Below, one piece after another: positions 35,673 through 49,497 of a DNA stretch of 64,000 bases. The notes under the pieces were generated by a model. The model did not search any database. It was not told where the DNA came from and saw nothing but the letters and a program-made list of their open reading frames with translations. The translations under genes and the position numbers were made by a program. Source of the stretch: Eledone cirrhosa (taxonomy: Eukaryota); assembly GCA_964016885.1 (NCBI GenBank), contig OZ024743.1, positions 195,176,001 to 195,240,000 on the forward strand, given 5' to 3'. Numbering within the stretch: the stretch's first letter is position 1; the number at the start of each line of letters is the position of its first letter.

Positions 35673-38600
35673 GGTGCTGCTGAAAAAGGGACCACTTCTT
35701 TTGCAGGTCTCGCCCGAAATATCGAGACAGTGTTAGTCACAGAGGAGCAGATGGCAGTTGCAAGGGCTATGGTGACAAGAAGCGCAAATAGAGTCTCCCT
35801 GAAACTTCCACCCGATTTTTTTCAAGGACCAGCAGCTACTGACGGTGCCTTACCGCACCGTAAGCAAAATCTCACATCGGGTGGAGAGAGCCACGTAGGC
35901 TCAAATCCAAAAGGCCTTGGGGTGCGTCTGGGCACGGAAAACCCACATCACCCGAGGCAGAAAGTACGCCACAATAGTCGTACATTTCTCCTCCCCCCAA
36001 GAAGCAAAGTCTCACTCTTTGGAAACCCTAAAGGGTGAGGAGATAGTCTTAGTGCCCTCCTACTGCGGGCAGAAAATTGTTAGGGTCAAATCGACCCAGA
36101 TCCCACCCGACGTGCTCATACCTTGGCTGACATCCTCGTGGACACACCCATGACCAGCGAAAGGGACTGTTCTACTGTCCCTTCACCACACGATCAAGGT
36201 AAGTGACCCTTTCTCACTTGCCCCGTTTCTCATCCAACATGGCCGTAATCAGAATAGGCTGTATAAATGCACGTGGCCTGGAGTCATCTTAGAAGCAGGG
36301 TCACATGCTCAACGACCTCAGGTCACTAAACATAGATGTGGTGGCCATCAGTGAAACCAGAATCTCCGAAGCACAAGCCTTCGCAACGATCTTCGGCGGC
36401 TACGATGTTTACGCATCTCCCAGCCGTCCAGGATCGTAAGGAGGGGTTGCCGTCCTTTTTCGGAGAGGCTTGGATCTCGCGATACGGGCCATATTCCTAG
36501 AACCAGAAGGTAAGTCGGTGGTGCTGGACGTGACCGGCAGCGAAGGCAATGCTTTCAGGCTAGTAGCCGTCTACGCCCCAACAGGGGCAGGACGGCCAGA
36601 ATTCTTCAGACGTCTAGAGCCCTTTCTTGGAACGTCCCGCTCTTTAGTGTTAGTGGGCGACTGGAACGGTATCTTGGATGCACGCTGGGATCGTGTGGGG
36701 CTAGTGGATAGGGGAGGAGGGTGCAAGAGCCTCACCAACCTGCTCAGACGTTTTGAACTGTCTGACAGGTATCGGCTGGATCACCCGAATGTGCCAATGT
36801 GGACATAGACAAACCGTATCGGGTCATCCATATCGTATCTCGATAGGGTATTCTGCAGAGAACTAGATAAAGCTAGTATAAGTTGTCCACAATTTAAAAT
36901 AGTCGACTACACAGACCACAAATTTGTGATCGGTGAGATCGACATAGACAGACTTCATAGACAAGGGCCTGGTTACTGGATGCTGAACGCATCTTTCCCT
37001 GCGCGCAAAGCCTACAGAGACCGGATTAGCACATTAGTTAAGCGGGCGTTGACGGGAGCTGTCAACAACAGGTGGTGGTTCGCCCTGAAAAGGCCAATTA
37101 AAGTAGAGTCGATTAGGCTTAGCAAAGAGTAGTGAGAGAGGAAAATAGAGTAGAGAGAGAGCTAGTTAGAAAGCTACAATAGGCGTTTGGGACAGGCATC
37201 GCAACCGACGTGCTTGCGGCGAGATTGGCACTCGACCAACTCTTCAGCGCAAAACATGAAGGCTGCGTTGTCAGAGCTAGAGCGCGTGCTCTGAAACACG
37301 AGGGGACCAAAGCCGTCCAATGGGCCCGGTGGCAGAGGCGCGACATGGCAACAAAGCCACAATTCGGCCTTTGTCTGACCAAAACGAGTGCGTGATGCTC
37401 GAACCCGAGCGGATGTGTGAAGCTTTTCAGCAGCACTTTACTGAACTGTTCGGGAGCGGCGGTGGCCCGGATCGGGGCATAAACTTTAGTGCATACCTCG
37501 ACGGAGTGCCTCGGCTCTCGACGACCGCAGCACAGTGTTGCGAAAAGCCAATAACAGCCGGTGAAATACGGGAAGCGATGGCTAGCTGAACAAGGGGTAA
37601 ATCGCCAGGTTTGGATGGTCTACCCTACGAGCTTTATGCATTTATGCCAGACTTGTGCGGTGACCTCTTGGCAGACGTCTACTGCAACTGGCAGCAGAAC
37701 GTGAGCATTTCCAGTTTTGTGAGCCGGGGAGCAGTGGCGCTGCTGAGAAAAGACCCGAACAAGGGGAATGTTAACTATAATATCAGGCCCATAACCCTGC
37801 TAAACGCAGAGTTCAAAATTTTCGCCAAGGTGTTAGCAACGAGGTTGGCGCTTGTCGTCAAGGGTCAGGTGGAAGAGGCGCAGACATACGCCATTCCGGA
37901 CAGATCCATACACGACAACCTCCACCTCATTCGATACATAATAGAGAGGGTGGTTAAGGAACCTGGCACGGGTGGGGCCTTGATCAACTTGGATCAATCC
38001 AAAGCATTCGATATGGTAGCCCATCGGTACCTGGCGGCGGGCCTCGAGGCAGCCGGTTTCGGGCCCTTTTCAAGGGTTGGATCGCAGCAATGTACAGCGA
38101 CATCTACTCAGTTGTGAAAGTGAGCGGTCACCTGTCGAAGCCGCTCGGCATCATGCGCTCAGTCCGCCAGGGTTGTCCCCTCTCTTTCCTCTTGTACGTA
38201 TTGGCTCTCGATCCGTTACTGTACAAACTGGAGGCGATGAGGGGCGTCCCATGCGAACTAGGATGCGAGAAATCCGAGTCGGCTTACGCTGACGACGTCA
38301 CCGTGGTGGTGTCGAGCACCAGATACGTCCAGATGCTCGGCACCACTCTTAAGAAATACGAAGCGGTGACAGGAGCAAAGATAAACCACGAAAAGTCGGT
38401 GGGCTTGCAGCTCGGCACCTGGAGAGTCAAGTCCATGCCATCCGACAGCGTCGTGGGGCGTTGGAGGGACGGATCGGTTAAATTGCTTGGGGTCTGGTTC
38501 GGACCAGACCTCCAGATGGAGAAAAACTGAAACGAGGTGACGAGCAGGGTGGGCTCCCTCACCCAGAAATGGGCCGAGAGGAAGCTGTCCCTGAAAGGCC

Positions 38601-39956
38601 GGGCGGAGGTGGCGAATGCGTACATCGCGTCCGTCATCTGCTACCGCCTCGCCGTCGTCCCTTACTCCAGCCCAACTCTCACCAAAATGGAGCGCCTCCT
38701 CTTCCGCTTTTTGTGGAAGGGATGTGCTCCCATGGTCAGACGATCCATCTGCTGTCAACACCCGTTGCGTGGAGGACTTGACAAGCCATGGCTGATGATG
38801 CGCAAACATGCGCTGAGGCTGCGACATCTCTGGTGCTTCCTTGATGGGGAACAGGTGTGGTCGCCATTCGCCAGGCACGTTTCCCAAAGCTCGTCTCCTT
38901 GACGGAGCTGCAGTCACGGGTCAGAAAAAGACCGAGGGATAGCGATTGGAAACTGGAATGTCTCCAGGCGCTCACTGGCATCTGCCAGCTGGGCACCAGT
39001 ATCGGTAGAACATCCATCTCGACGTTCTATAGAGCACTAGTGAAGGGGAAGAGCGACGACATTCTCAGAGAGATCCTGGGCGTCGAAGATCAGCTGTTTG
39101 CTCTCTTCCTGAGAACTTTCAGCCCGAAGCCTATGGATAACTTCCAAAAATCCCTGGCCTGGCAGTGCTACCGGGAAGCGCTGCCGGTTCGAGATAAGCT
39201 CTACAGGCACGGAAGTGCCGTCAGCTGAGCCTGTCCGATATACGGGCAGAGCGAGGAAACCGTCGTGCACGCACTCGTTCAGTGCCCGAGCATTGCTGAC
39301 TTGTGGAGCTATGTCGAACAGTTGGTGTCGCGTGTAGGACTGATCCGGTTATCGACTGAGTCCATTGTACAGATGGTCTCGCCGTCTTCCTTCGAGGAGG
39401 AAGGGCAGGCGGTTTTCATCTGCCTGGTGGCCATGGCGAAAGAGATTGTGTGGTGGACAAGGTTAAAAGGGTTAAAGAGAGACACTTTCCTCTTCGGCGA
39501 ATCCCTAATTAACTTTTTCAAGTTTCACTTGAAGAGAAAATCAGGGTGGAGAGGCAAGTCCTTCCTTCTAGCAAGTTTGTTGAAAGGTGGGTGAATGTAG
39601 CGAGAATGGTCCGAGTGAACGGGACAACTCTGAATATACGTCTGTAGTTTGAGAGATGGAAAAATTGAAAGAGGGCGCTTGCCCTGGTGGTCAGGGTGGC
39701 CGTGGTCTTTTGTGTGGTTTTCGCCACGAGTAACTCTCGGAGGTCCCCCCACCCCTATTGGGGAATTTTTCATTGTTTCAATTTTCATTATTATTGTTTA
39801 TATATATATATGTTTCTATGTCCTTTTTTTTGCTTTTCTTATATAAATAATAATAATATTTACACGCACAAAACCCACATTGTACCGTCATGTACCGTCC
39901 TGTGCCGTCTGTAATGTTTTTTCTTGATGTCAGCCCTTGTGACCAATAAAGAAATC
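35673..39956 (+). mobile_element. Tx1 family C, 5'-truncated, ORF1 mostly deleted (E6)
   Basis: Starts mid-ORF1 (SFAGLARNIE...), with a deletion at ~36130. ORF2 36239-39647 has all motifs but many stops. Ends CCCTTGTGACCAATAAAGAAATC followed by (ATT)n. Confidence 0.87.
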
Positions 39957-39974
39957 ATTATTATTATTATTATT

Positions 39975-42900
39975 GAATGCCATGGTTGACGGAGGCTCGG
40001 GTCTGTAAGGTATAGTAATTTTTAACCGCTATAACAATTGTAAATTGTTTAAAAATTTAACTAAATTGTAGACAAAAACACCTACCTCCTCGTGAGAGGG
40101 GCCTTTCTGCCCGTTATTTGGCCCTTCGGGGTTAAATAACCGCTTATTGGGGTTTTGTGCCCAATATTTATTTTAAACCAAAAAAACATGGCTACAGATA
40201 AGAATTTTCACAAGTCACTCCCACGCATTCCGTCTTCTTCCTCAATCGTCACTACACCAGAGAGAAGATTGTCTCCCCCCTCCCTTCTCTAAATGTGCCT
40301 CTCTCCCTCCCTTCTCTTTCGCAAGCGACGCCAGTAAAGAAAAAGAAAAATATAGTTTCTGATAGTTTCCAAGAGCACGTGCAAAACGTGGAACATTTCT
40401 CCACGACGACGACAACGACGAAATATGTGTGCGGTAAATACGGAAAGCCATTTCATTCGTCTGACGTCATGAATAATAGCAGTAGCAGCCGTAATAACAG
40501 CAGCTGCAGCAACAGTGACAAGGAAAACAACAGTAGCAGCCGCAACAGCACCAGCATCAGCATAAACAACAACAGCATTAGCAGCAACAGCAACGACAAC
40601 AGCAGCAGCAGCAGCAACAACAACAACAACCACAGCAACAGCGGCCGCGGCAGTCGTAGTTCCAGCAGCAACAACACAAGTGACAGCAGCTCTGACGACA
40701 ACAACAACAACAACAACAACAAAGAAAAACCAATCTCGTTTGCAGGTATCGCAAAGAACCTGGAAGCCATCCTTATAACAAATGAGGAATTACAGGAAGC
40801 AAAGAAGATGGTGACGAAAAGCGTTCACCGAACAATCTGCAAGGCAGCCGCAAAATGTTTCGAAACCCAACAGCACTGTACGGTCACGTACCGTACAGTA
40901 AACACAAAATCCCGGAGGGTTGAAAGAGCCACAGAGGCTCAAATGCAAAAGGCCTTAGAGTCTGTGTGGCAGCGGAAAACGCATATCACCCGAGGCAAGA
41001 AATATGCCACTGTGGACGTGCTTTTTGTCACACCCCAGGAGGCAAAGGCTCAATCCTTAGTGACCCTAAGGAGCGAGGAAATGGTGCTGGTGCCCTCCTA
41101 CTGCGGACAAAAAATTGTGAGGGTCAAACTGACCCCCCCCCCCCGGGATGGCCCCTTGGCTGGCCGAGTCTGTCCTCGTCGGAATCGAGGACAAAACAAC
41201 TGTACTGCAAGTACAGAAAAAAGTACGAGAAGATTGGGTCGGCACCTCCATTGAGATGTTAATCCAAACCAACCAGGAGTGCATCGAAGCTATCCCGGAT
41301 GTGACAGACTTCGATAACGGCACTCATTTGCGCATAAGTGTTGAGGGCAAACGCCCGAAATGCTTTCGCTGTGGATCGAAGACTCACATCAGGGACTTCT
41401 GCAATGAGAAGACCCTGAGAAAGGAGACCCGCCCCCTCCTTCCGAAACCGGCTCCACTGCTACCAGCAACAGGACAGGCGGCAACCAGGAAGGTTAGGTC
41501 CGTGGCACCCATACCCACGCCACGGAAATCAATAACAGCAGCAGCAGTAGAAGTATTAACAACAACAACAGCAATACCAACTGCAGCTGCAACAGAGACT
41601 CCACTGCAAGCCCACCGCAAACAACAACACCTTCAACACCACCACCACAAGCACCAGCATCGAAAACACAACAACAAAACACACACACCCTGCAACAACG
41701 ACAAGAAAATAGCAGAACCACAACGCATCCCCAGAAAAAGAAATACACAGCAATAAATACACACAACAAGAAACTAATGGCTTACATAATTAAACACGCA
41801 GACATTTCACAGAACGACTACATAATACCAGCACCATTCAGAACACCAACGAACATAAGACTGGTAAGAATAGCACAGAAACAATACACAAACATTAAAA
41901 CGAAATTCCCCAACGTAGTTGGTGATTTCAGAGACCTAGGAGGGACACTCAACCGGAGAATATATTCGGATATACTCACAGAAGAGCCGACGACCAGCCG
42001 AAGGGACGATTCAACGGTCCCTTCACAAGACGATCAAGTGAAAAGGGATGGACAAACCATCCTTCCTCAACGAGAAGTAAGGTAAGTGGTCTTTCCCATC
42101 TTTTCCACTCTTTTTAACATGACCTCACTCAGAATAGGCAGCATAAATGTGCGTGGCTTGGGGTCGTCATGGAAGCAGGGCCACCTGCTCAACGACCTCA
42201 GGTCACTAAACATAGATGTAGTAGCCATCAGCGAGACCAGAATCTCCGAAGCACGGGCCTTCGCACCGATCTTCGGCGGCTACGATGTGTACGCATCTCC
42301 CAGCCGTCCTGGATCGGAGGGAAGAGTTGGTGTGCTTTTTCAGAGAGGTTTGGATCTCGCCATACGGGCCATCTTCCTGGACCCAGAAGGTAAGTTGGTG
42401 GTGCTGGATGTGACCAGCGAAAACGGGCAAGCGTTCAGGCTAGTGGCCGTCTATGCCCCGACAGGAGCAGGGCGGCCTGATTTCTTCCGGCGCCTGGAGA
42501 CCTTTCTTGGAACGTCCCGCTGTTTTTGTGTTAGTGGGCGACTGGAACGGGATCTTAGATGCACGCTGGGACTGTGTGGGATTAGCGGATAGGGGAGGAG
42601 TGTGTAAGAGCCTCACCAACCTGCTCAGGCATTTTGAACTGTCTGACAAGGACCGTTTGGATTTCCCGAATGTGCCAATGAGGACTTGAACAAATCGCAT
42701 AGGGTTATCCAGATCATATCTAGATATAGTATTTTGTAGGGAAATAGATAAGTCTAGCATAGACTGTCCACAATTTAAGATAGTCAGCTACACGTACCAC
42801 AAATTCGTGATCTGTGTTCTTGACTTAGATAGGCTTCATAGACGAGGACCCGGCTACTGGAAGCTAAACCCGTCTTCACCAGCGCGCAAGGACTACAGAG

Positions 42901-45722
42901 ACCGGATTAGCGAACTAGTTAAGCGGGCGTTGATGGGGGCCATCGTCAACCACAGGTGGTGGTTTGCTCTGAAAAGAGCGATTAGAATAGAGTCCATTAG
43001 GTTTAGTAAGGCTTTAGCAATAAAGAAAAATAGAGCAGAGGGAGAACTAGTTAGAAAATTAGACGAGGCGCTTAGCAAAGGCCTGGCGACCGACGTACTT
43101 GCGGCGAAATTGGCACTTGACCAATTCTTCAATGCAAAGCACGAAGGCTGCGTTGTCAGAGCTAGGGTGCGTGCTCTCAGACACGAGGGGACGAAAGCCG
43201 TTCAATGAGCCCGAGTGGCGGAGGCGAGACGTGGCAACAAAGCCACGATTCGGCCTTTGGTGGAATTCGACGGGCGCATGCTACTCGATCCCGGCCAAAT
43301 GTGTGAATCTTTCCAGTGACACTTCGCCCAGCTGTTCGGGGGCAGCGGCGGGCCGGATCGAGGGATGGACTTTAGTGTCTACCTCGACGGACTGCTGCAG
43401 CTCTGGGCCACTGATGCTGAGTGTTGCGAAAAGCCGATAACAGCATAAGGGTAAATCGCCTGGTTTGGATGGTCTGCCCTATGAACTTTACGTACAAATG
43501 CCAAACTTGTTCGGAGGCCACTTGGCGGACGTCTACTGAAACTGGCAACAGAACGGGAGAATTCCCAGCTCTGTGAGCCGAGGAGCGGTGGCACTGCTGA
43601 GAAAGGATCCGAACAAGGGGGATAACATAGATAATTTCAGGCCCAAGATTTTGGCCAAGGTGCTAGCAAAGAGGTTGGCGCTTGTCTTTGGTGGTCTGGT
43701 GGGAGTGGCGCAGTCATGCGCCATTCCCGACAGATCCATCCACAACAACCTCCACCTCATGCGATGCATCGTAGAGAGGGTAGCTAGGGTATCTGGCACG
43801 GGTTGGTCCTTGATCAATTTAGATCAGTCGAAAGCTTTCGATAGGATCGATCATCGTTACCTAGCGGCAGTCCTGAAGGCGGCTGGCTTTGCGCCCGTCT
43901 TCAGAGGCTGGGTCGCTGCCATGCACAGTGACATCTGCTCTGTGGTGAGAGTGAATAGTCACCTTTCAGAACCGTTCAACATCATGCACTCGGTCCGCCA
44001 AGGATGTCCCCTCTCGTCCCTCTTGTAAGTATTGACACTCGAGCCATTACTGCACAAACAGGACGCGTTGAGGAGCGTCCCGCGCGAACTAGGATGCGGA
44101 AGATCCGTGTCAGCATATGCGGACGATGTCACCGTAGTGGTGTCGAACGCCAAACACATCGAGGCGATCGGCACTACACCAAGAGAATACGAAGCGATGA
44201 CAGGAGCAATGATCAACCAGGAAAGTCAGTGGGCCTGCAGCGCGGCACCTGGAGAGGCAAGTCCATGATGTCCAACAGCGTCGTCGGGTGCTGGACGGAC
44301 GGACCCGTTACATTGCTAGGTGTCTGGTTCGGTCCGGACCTCCAGACGGAAAAAACTGGGACGAAGTGACGAACAGGGTGGCTTCTCTCACCCAGAAATG
44401 GGCCGAGAGGAAGCTATCCCTGAAAGGTCGAGCGGAGGTGGCTAACGCGTACATCGCGTACACCTGCTACCACCTGAATGTCGTACCTTGTCCTAAGCCC
44501 CGCCTGACTGCGCTGGAGCGTTTACTCTTTCGCTTTTTGTGGAAGGGACGCGCTCCGATGGTCAGGAAGTCCATCTGTTGTCAACACCCGCTACGTGGAG
44601 GGCTGGGCATGCCGTGACAGATGATGCGCAGACACGCGCTCAGGCTACGACATCTCCACCTCTTCCTCGACGGTGATTAGGTGTGGTCGCTAGACGCAGC
44701 TTTCTCCAGCTCGTTTCCTTGACGGAGCTGCAGTCCTGGATCAAGCAAAGACCGAGAGGGAGCGCTTGGAGACTGGAATGTCTTCAGGCGCTCACAGCGC
44801 TCGACCAATCGGGCAATGTGATCGGTGGAAACTCCACCTCGGCGTTCTATAGAGGATTAGTGGAGGGGAAGTGCGACGACGTACTTGGGGAAAATCTAGG
44901 CCTCGACGAAAATCAACTAGCCAATCTCTTCGGAAGAACTTTCGATCCAGGGCCTATCGACAACTTCCAGAAATCCCTGGCCTGGCTATGCTACTGAGGA
45001 GCCTTGCTAGTTCGGGATAAACTCTACAGTCATGGAGGTGCCGTCAGCCGAGCATGTCCGAGGTGCGCACAGGGAGACGAAACCGTCCTGCATGCACTCG
45101 TCCAGTGTCCTAGAATTGCTGACCTGTGGGTTTATGTCGAACACTTGCTGTCGCGTGTAGGACGGATCCGGCTATCAGCTGAGTCCATGGTGAGGATTGC
45201 CCCCGCCCTCTTCCTTTAGCCGGGAAGGGCAGGAAGTTTTTATCTGTCTGGTGGCCATGGCGAAAGAGATAGTATGATGGACACGTTTGAAAGGGCTGAA
45301 TACGAGTACTTACCTCTTCGGTGATACCCTGATTAACTTTTTCAAATTTCATTTGAAAAGGAAAATCAGGGTAGAGAGGGAAGTGCTCTCTTCCCAGCAT
45401 TTTGTTGAAATATGGGTGAGAGAAGTAAGTATGGCCCGAGTGAATGGGCCTACTCTTAGTATGTGTCTGTAAATTAAAGGTGGAAAACTGGGAGAGGGAA
45501 CATGCCCTGGTGGTCAGGGTCACTGTGGCCTTTTAATGGGCTTTCTCCACAAATGTCCCTCCGAAGTCTCCCCCCTATTGGGGAATTTTTCATTGTTATT
45601 TTTTATTGCATCCTCTGTTTTTGTTTTTTACACGCAGAAATGCCCATTTGTTATGCCCCGTTTTGTCCTGTACTGTACTTAATGTCTACTTTATGTAAAC
45701 CCTTGTGGTTAATAAAGAAAAT
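39975..45722 (+). mobile_element. Chimeric Tx1: C-like 5' UTR/ORF1 joined to family A ORF2 and 3' UTR (E7)
   Basis: ORF1 40188-42085 (CFRCGSKTHIRDFC) resembles E6 rather than family A. From 42039 onward it is near-identical to E1, E4 and E5. ORF2 42119-45472 is disrupted. Confidence 0.85.
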
Positions 45723-45753
45723 ATTATTATTTTTAATTATTATTATTATTATT

Positions 45754-48700
45754 GTTTTTTGAGTCTCAGTCATTGATGTTGGTGAACTGGAAAGTTTGTT
45801 GAAATGAATATGAAGCCACTACCTGCAGCCTCAGATATTCAGGACGTATCGGAGTGTTCTTGCTGTTCCCAGCAAGCATGCCTTTTGAAGTGTTCCAAAA
45901 AGCGGGGTGGGACTAATTTTCTTTAACCATCCCTCGAAACTCTTTGAGATAGTACCTAGTGCGCCTATGACAATCGGGACCACTTTGACCTCATGGCAGT
46001 TCCAAATCCTTTTTACCTCCCACTTTAAGTCCTAGTATCGGTTAATTTTCTCCCTCTACTTCTCTTGCACTCTTATTTCAAATGCGCAGGCTACATCCAC
46101 AATCAGACACGATCTTTTTCCCTTGTCCAAAACCACCAGGTCAGGTCTATCGTGTTCCAGTTTCTTGTCCGTCTGTATCCTAAAATCCAACAGCATCTTC
46201 AGCTGATCGTTTTCCATCACCGACTCTGGCTTATGCTCATACCACTTCTCAGAATATGGTAAATTGTTTACTTTGCATAGGTGCCAGTGGATCACCCTGC
46301 CCATCTCATCATTTTTCCAGCCTTTATATTGAGTCTGGGCTAGGTGTTTACATTCAGATACAATGTGAGCCACAGTCTCCTCTCTTTCTCCACAGATCCT
46401 GCACAGTAGGCTAGCCTCCTCCTTGTAAATATGGTGTTTCAGCCACTTCGTTTTGAGGGCCTGCTCTTGCGCAGCCATTAGCATTCCTTCTGTAGCCTTT
46501 TTAAGGTCTCCTCTTTTCAACCAGTTCCTTGTCTGTGGATCTCTGAATTCAGTTTTCTCAAAGAAGGTACTATGAAGGGATTTTTCATGAAGGTTGCTCT
46601 TTCTCCTTGTTGTTATTTCCTCCTTGGACATCCCCTGGTCTATTGTCCTCTCCTTCAGTACAATTCTGAGCATTGGCTCCCTACTATCAGTCACATATTT
46701 GTGTAGGTTGTTTTTTCTCCATCTGAACACAGTCCTCTATGCTGATAAGACCTCTTCCACCTTCAGATCTCCTTAAGTAGAGTCTATCGACATCACTCCT
46801 CTTGTGGAACATGTTGTAGATAGTCAATAGTTTCCTAGTGTTCCTATCCATTTCTTTTTTTTCAGCAACATTCCATCTCAGAATTCCCACACTGTACCTA
46901 ATAAAAGACACAGCTCGGGAATTTACTGCACTTATGGCATTCCTACTGTTCAGATGTGATTTTAATACGCTCCTTATTCTCCGAATGTATTCAGATCTTA
47001 TCAATTCCTTCATTTTTTTGTTCTTGGTGTCATCAGCCTTAGGAAAACCCAAATACTTGCAGTGTCAATTTCCTTTATCATCTCACCTGTTGGTACCTGG
47101 ATTTCGTTGCTTCTGCTCAATTTCTTCTTTGTTTGTTGTTTGCTCTCGCTTTTATGCCAAGTAATTTCCTCACCGCATTTGCTGTTGCTTTGAGGATATT
47201 GTTGCACTGGTGAAGGCTCCTCGCCTCAAGGTATGGGATGACTTTGTTTACCTTAGTTGTTGTTTCTTTTAACTTTTTCCTGTCTACAAATCTTAGGTTC
47301 ATAGGTTTCCCACTATCATTGTTCATTTCATCTACCACTAAGTTTAGGATATTAACCAAATCTTGTCCTAGCCCGTCAGCATTCATTTCCTCAATGGTCG
47401 TATCTTTGTTCCAAGTATTATTTATTTCAGCATTCAGATCACTGTCTGCTTCGGATGCTTCCTCCGTTCTCTCAACCTCTTCACCTTCATTTCCCACTGG
47501 CTCGTTTGCCTAGCATACTCCACTCTCCATTTCAAACCTAATCTCTCTGCTCAGTTCCTCCAGTTCCAGCTCGCTTATCCACCCATTAGTTCTTATTACC
47601 CGAGCCTACCCGGCCAATTTTTGTTCATCTAATTTAAATAGACCAATCTCGTTCCAAATGTTATGCATCCGTTTCCTTTAGCCTTTTTACTTGGGGTTAC
47701 TCTTCAGGTAACATTCCATAACAGCTCTATTCATTTCTTTCGTCCAGTTGATTCTGGTCCATTTCCTTCTTCCTCTTCCTCCAACACCAGCAGTATTTGG
47801 ATGACAGCCAGGTCCCTGCTCCTGGGCCAGGGAGCACCTGCTGGGTGACAGTCTGTCACTTGACATTCCAGTCTCCACTTCACCGTTATTCGAACTGTTT
47901 AGGTTCGACATTTAAGCACTCAATTCGAGGATTGGTGAATGTATGGTTACATAACTACCGGTGATTTCATCACCCCCGGTGATTTTAGCGTGGCACCGTC
48001 ACGCTGTAGACGAACATAAATAAACCAACAAACAAATACATAAAAACCTAAAAAGTAAACAAAAACAACAAAAACAAACACAAGTTTCATTGTAATGTTT
48101 GAATGTCTGACTTAGCTTTTCTTATCTTTTTCTCTCTCCCTTTTTTGTTTGTTTTTCTCCTTTGCGTTTTTCGTTTTACAAGGCCAGTAACATCGGTTCC
48201 TAGTGTTGCTGTTGCTGCTGCTGCTAAGGGAAGTAGGGGTTGTTGTGTTCAAAACTTTTGAAACCCGTGTCCGTTGTTGCGTTTGCCTCTGTCTGTGTTC
48301 TGTTCTATAATTTTTCGACTATAATTTTATCTATTATTTTTTTCCCTTTCATCCCTACGTGGGCGACACCACAAAGCACCTGCAACACACCAGGACAATT
48401 GCTGGCCCCGTGCCAAAAGCAGAAGCACTTATTATTATTATTTTATAGTTTAGATTTGACATTGTTTAAACTAAACATTTTGAGAGAGTTTAGAGATATA
48501 ACAACATAATTATTTTGGTGTTGTTGTTATTGTTGTTAGCTGTTTGTCCGAGTCACTAACCCAGTCTATTTATATCTTTTGATACCTTCAACGCTTCTTT
48601 ACATGTGTAACGGCATCACCACCCCTCTCTTAAGTAGTGAGGGAATAGTAGCGGTAGCGATGATGCAGTGTTGACGGTGGCGATGGGGCAGCAGTACTAT

Positions 48701-49483
48701 AGGGATGGTGCCGGTCTTTATTTGGCTAGATTTTTTGTGGTAGTTGTGATGGTGATGGTGGCGGCGGCGGTGCTGGCGGGTAGGTTATTTGGCTGTTATT
48801 TTCTAGCCATTTTCTTTTTTGACTATAAAAACAATTATTATTATTATATAAAAACAATTATTATTATTATGTTATAGTTTAGATTTGACAGCGTTTAAAC
48901 TAAACATTTTGAGAGAGTTTAGCGATACTACAACATCATTATTTGTGTGTTGTTGTTGTTGTTGTTAGCTGTTTGACCGAGTCACTAACCCAGTCTATTT
49001 ATATCTGTTGATACCTTGCTCGCTTCCCTTCATGCATAGCGGCATCACCACCCCTCTCTCAAGAAGTGAGGGAACAGTGGCGGCAGCGACGATGCAGCGG
49101 CGGCGGTGGTGATGTGACAGCAGGGCCATAGGGATGGTGCTGGTCTGTATTTGGCTAGATTGTTTGTGGTAGTGGTGATGGTGATGGAGGCAGCGGCGGT
49201 GGTGGTGCTGCTGGTGGTGAAGTTATTTGGCTGTTATTTTCTAGCCATTTTCTTTTCTGACTATAAGATTTCTGGTACAAAATTAAATATTAAATTAAAT
49301 ATTATATACTGGAGCCCTTTGCCGCAATGTGATACGTTGCCACTTCCTGAGAGCTAAGACTGATATCTTACGTTTCATTTGTAATAAGAATTATTCTATC
49401 ACAATTGTTTTAAATATGTAAAAAATCAAAAATTAACGGGAGCGATTCTATAATAGCCTCTCCACCATGTGCGTATCTTCCCT
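45754..49483 (-). mobile_element. R4/Dong element of the D1 family, both ends present, RT core deleted (D3)
   Basis: ORF remnant 47911-45831. The N-terminal region is joined at ~47125 to the post-RT segment KLSRSNEIQVPTG. CRICGEREETVAHIVSEC and RPDLVVLD are present, and the 3' end matches D1. Confidence 0.85.
48430..49265. repeat. Two diverged ~430-bp tandem monomers in the D3 5' region
   Basis: ttatagtttagatttgaca...ccgagtcactaacccagtctatttatatct...ttatttggctgttattttctagccatttt occurs at ~48443-48825 and ~48872-49265. Confidence 0.9.
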
Positions 49484-49497
49484 TAATTATTATTATT

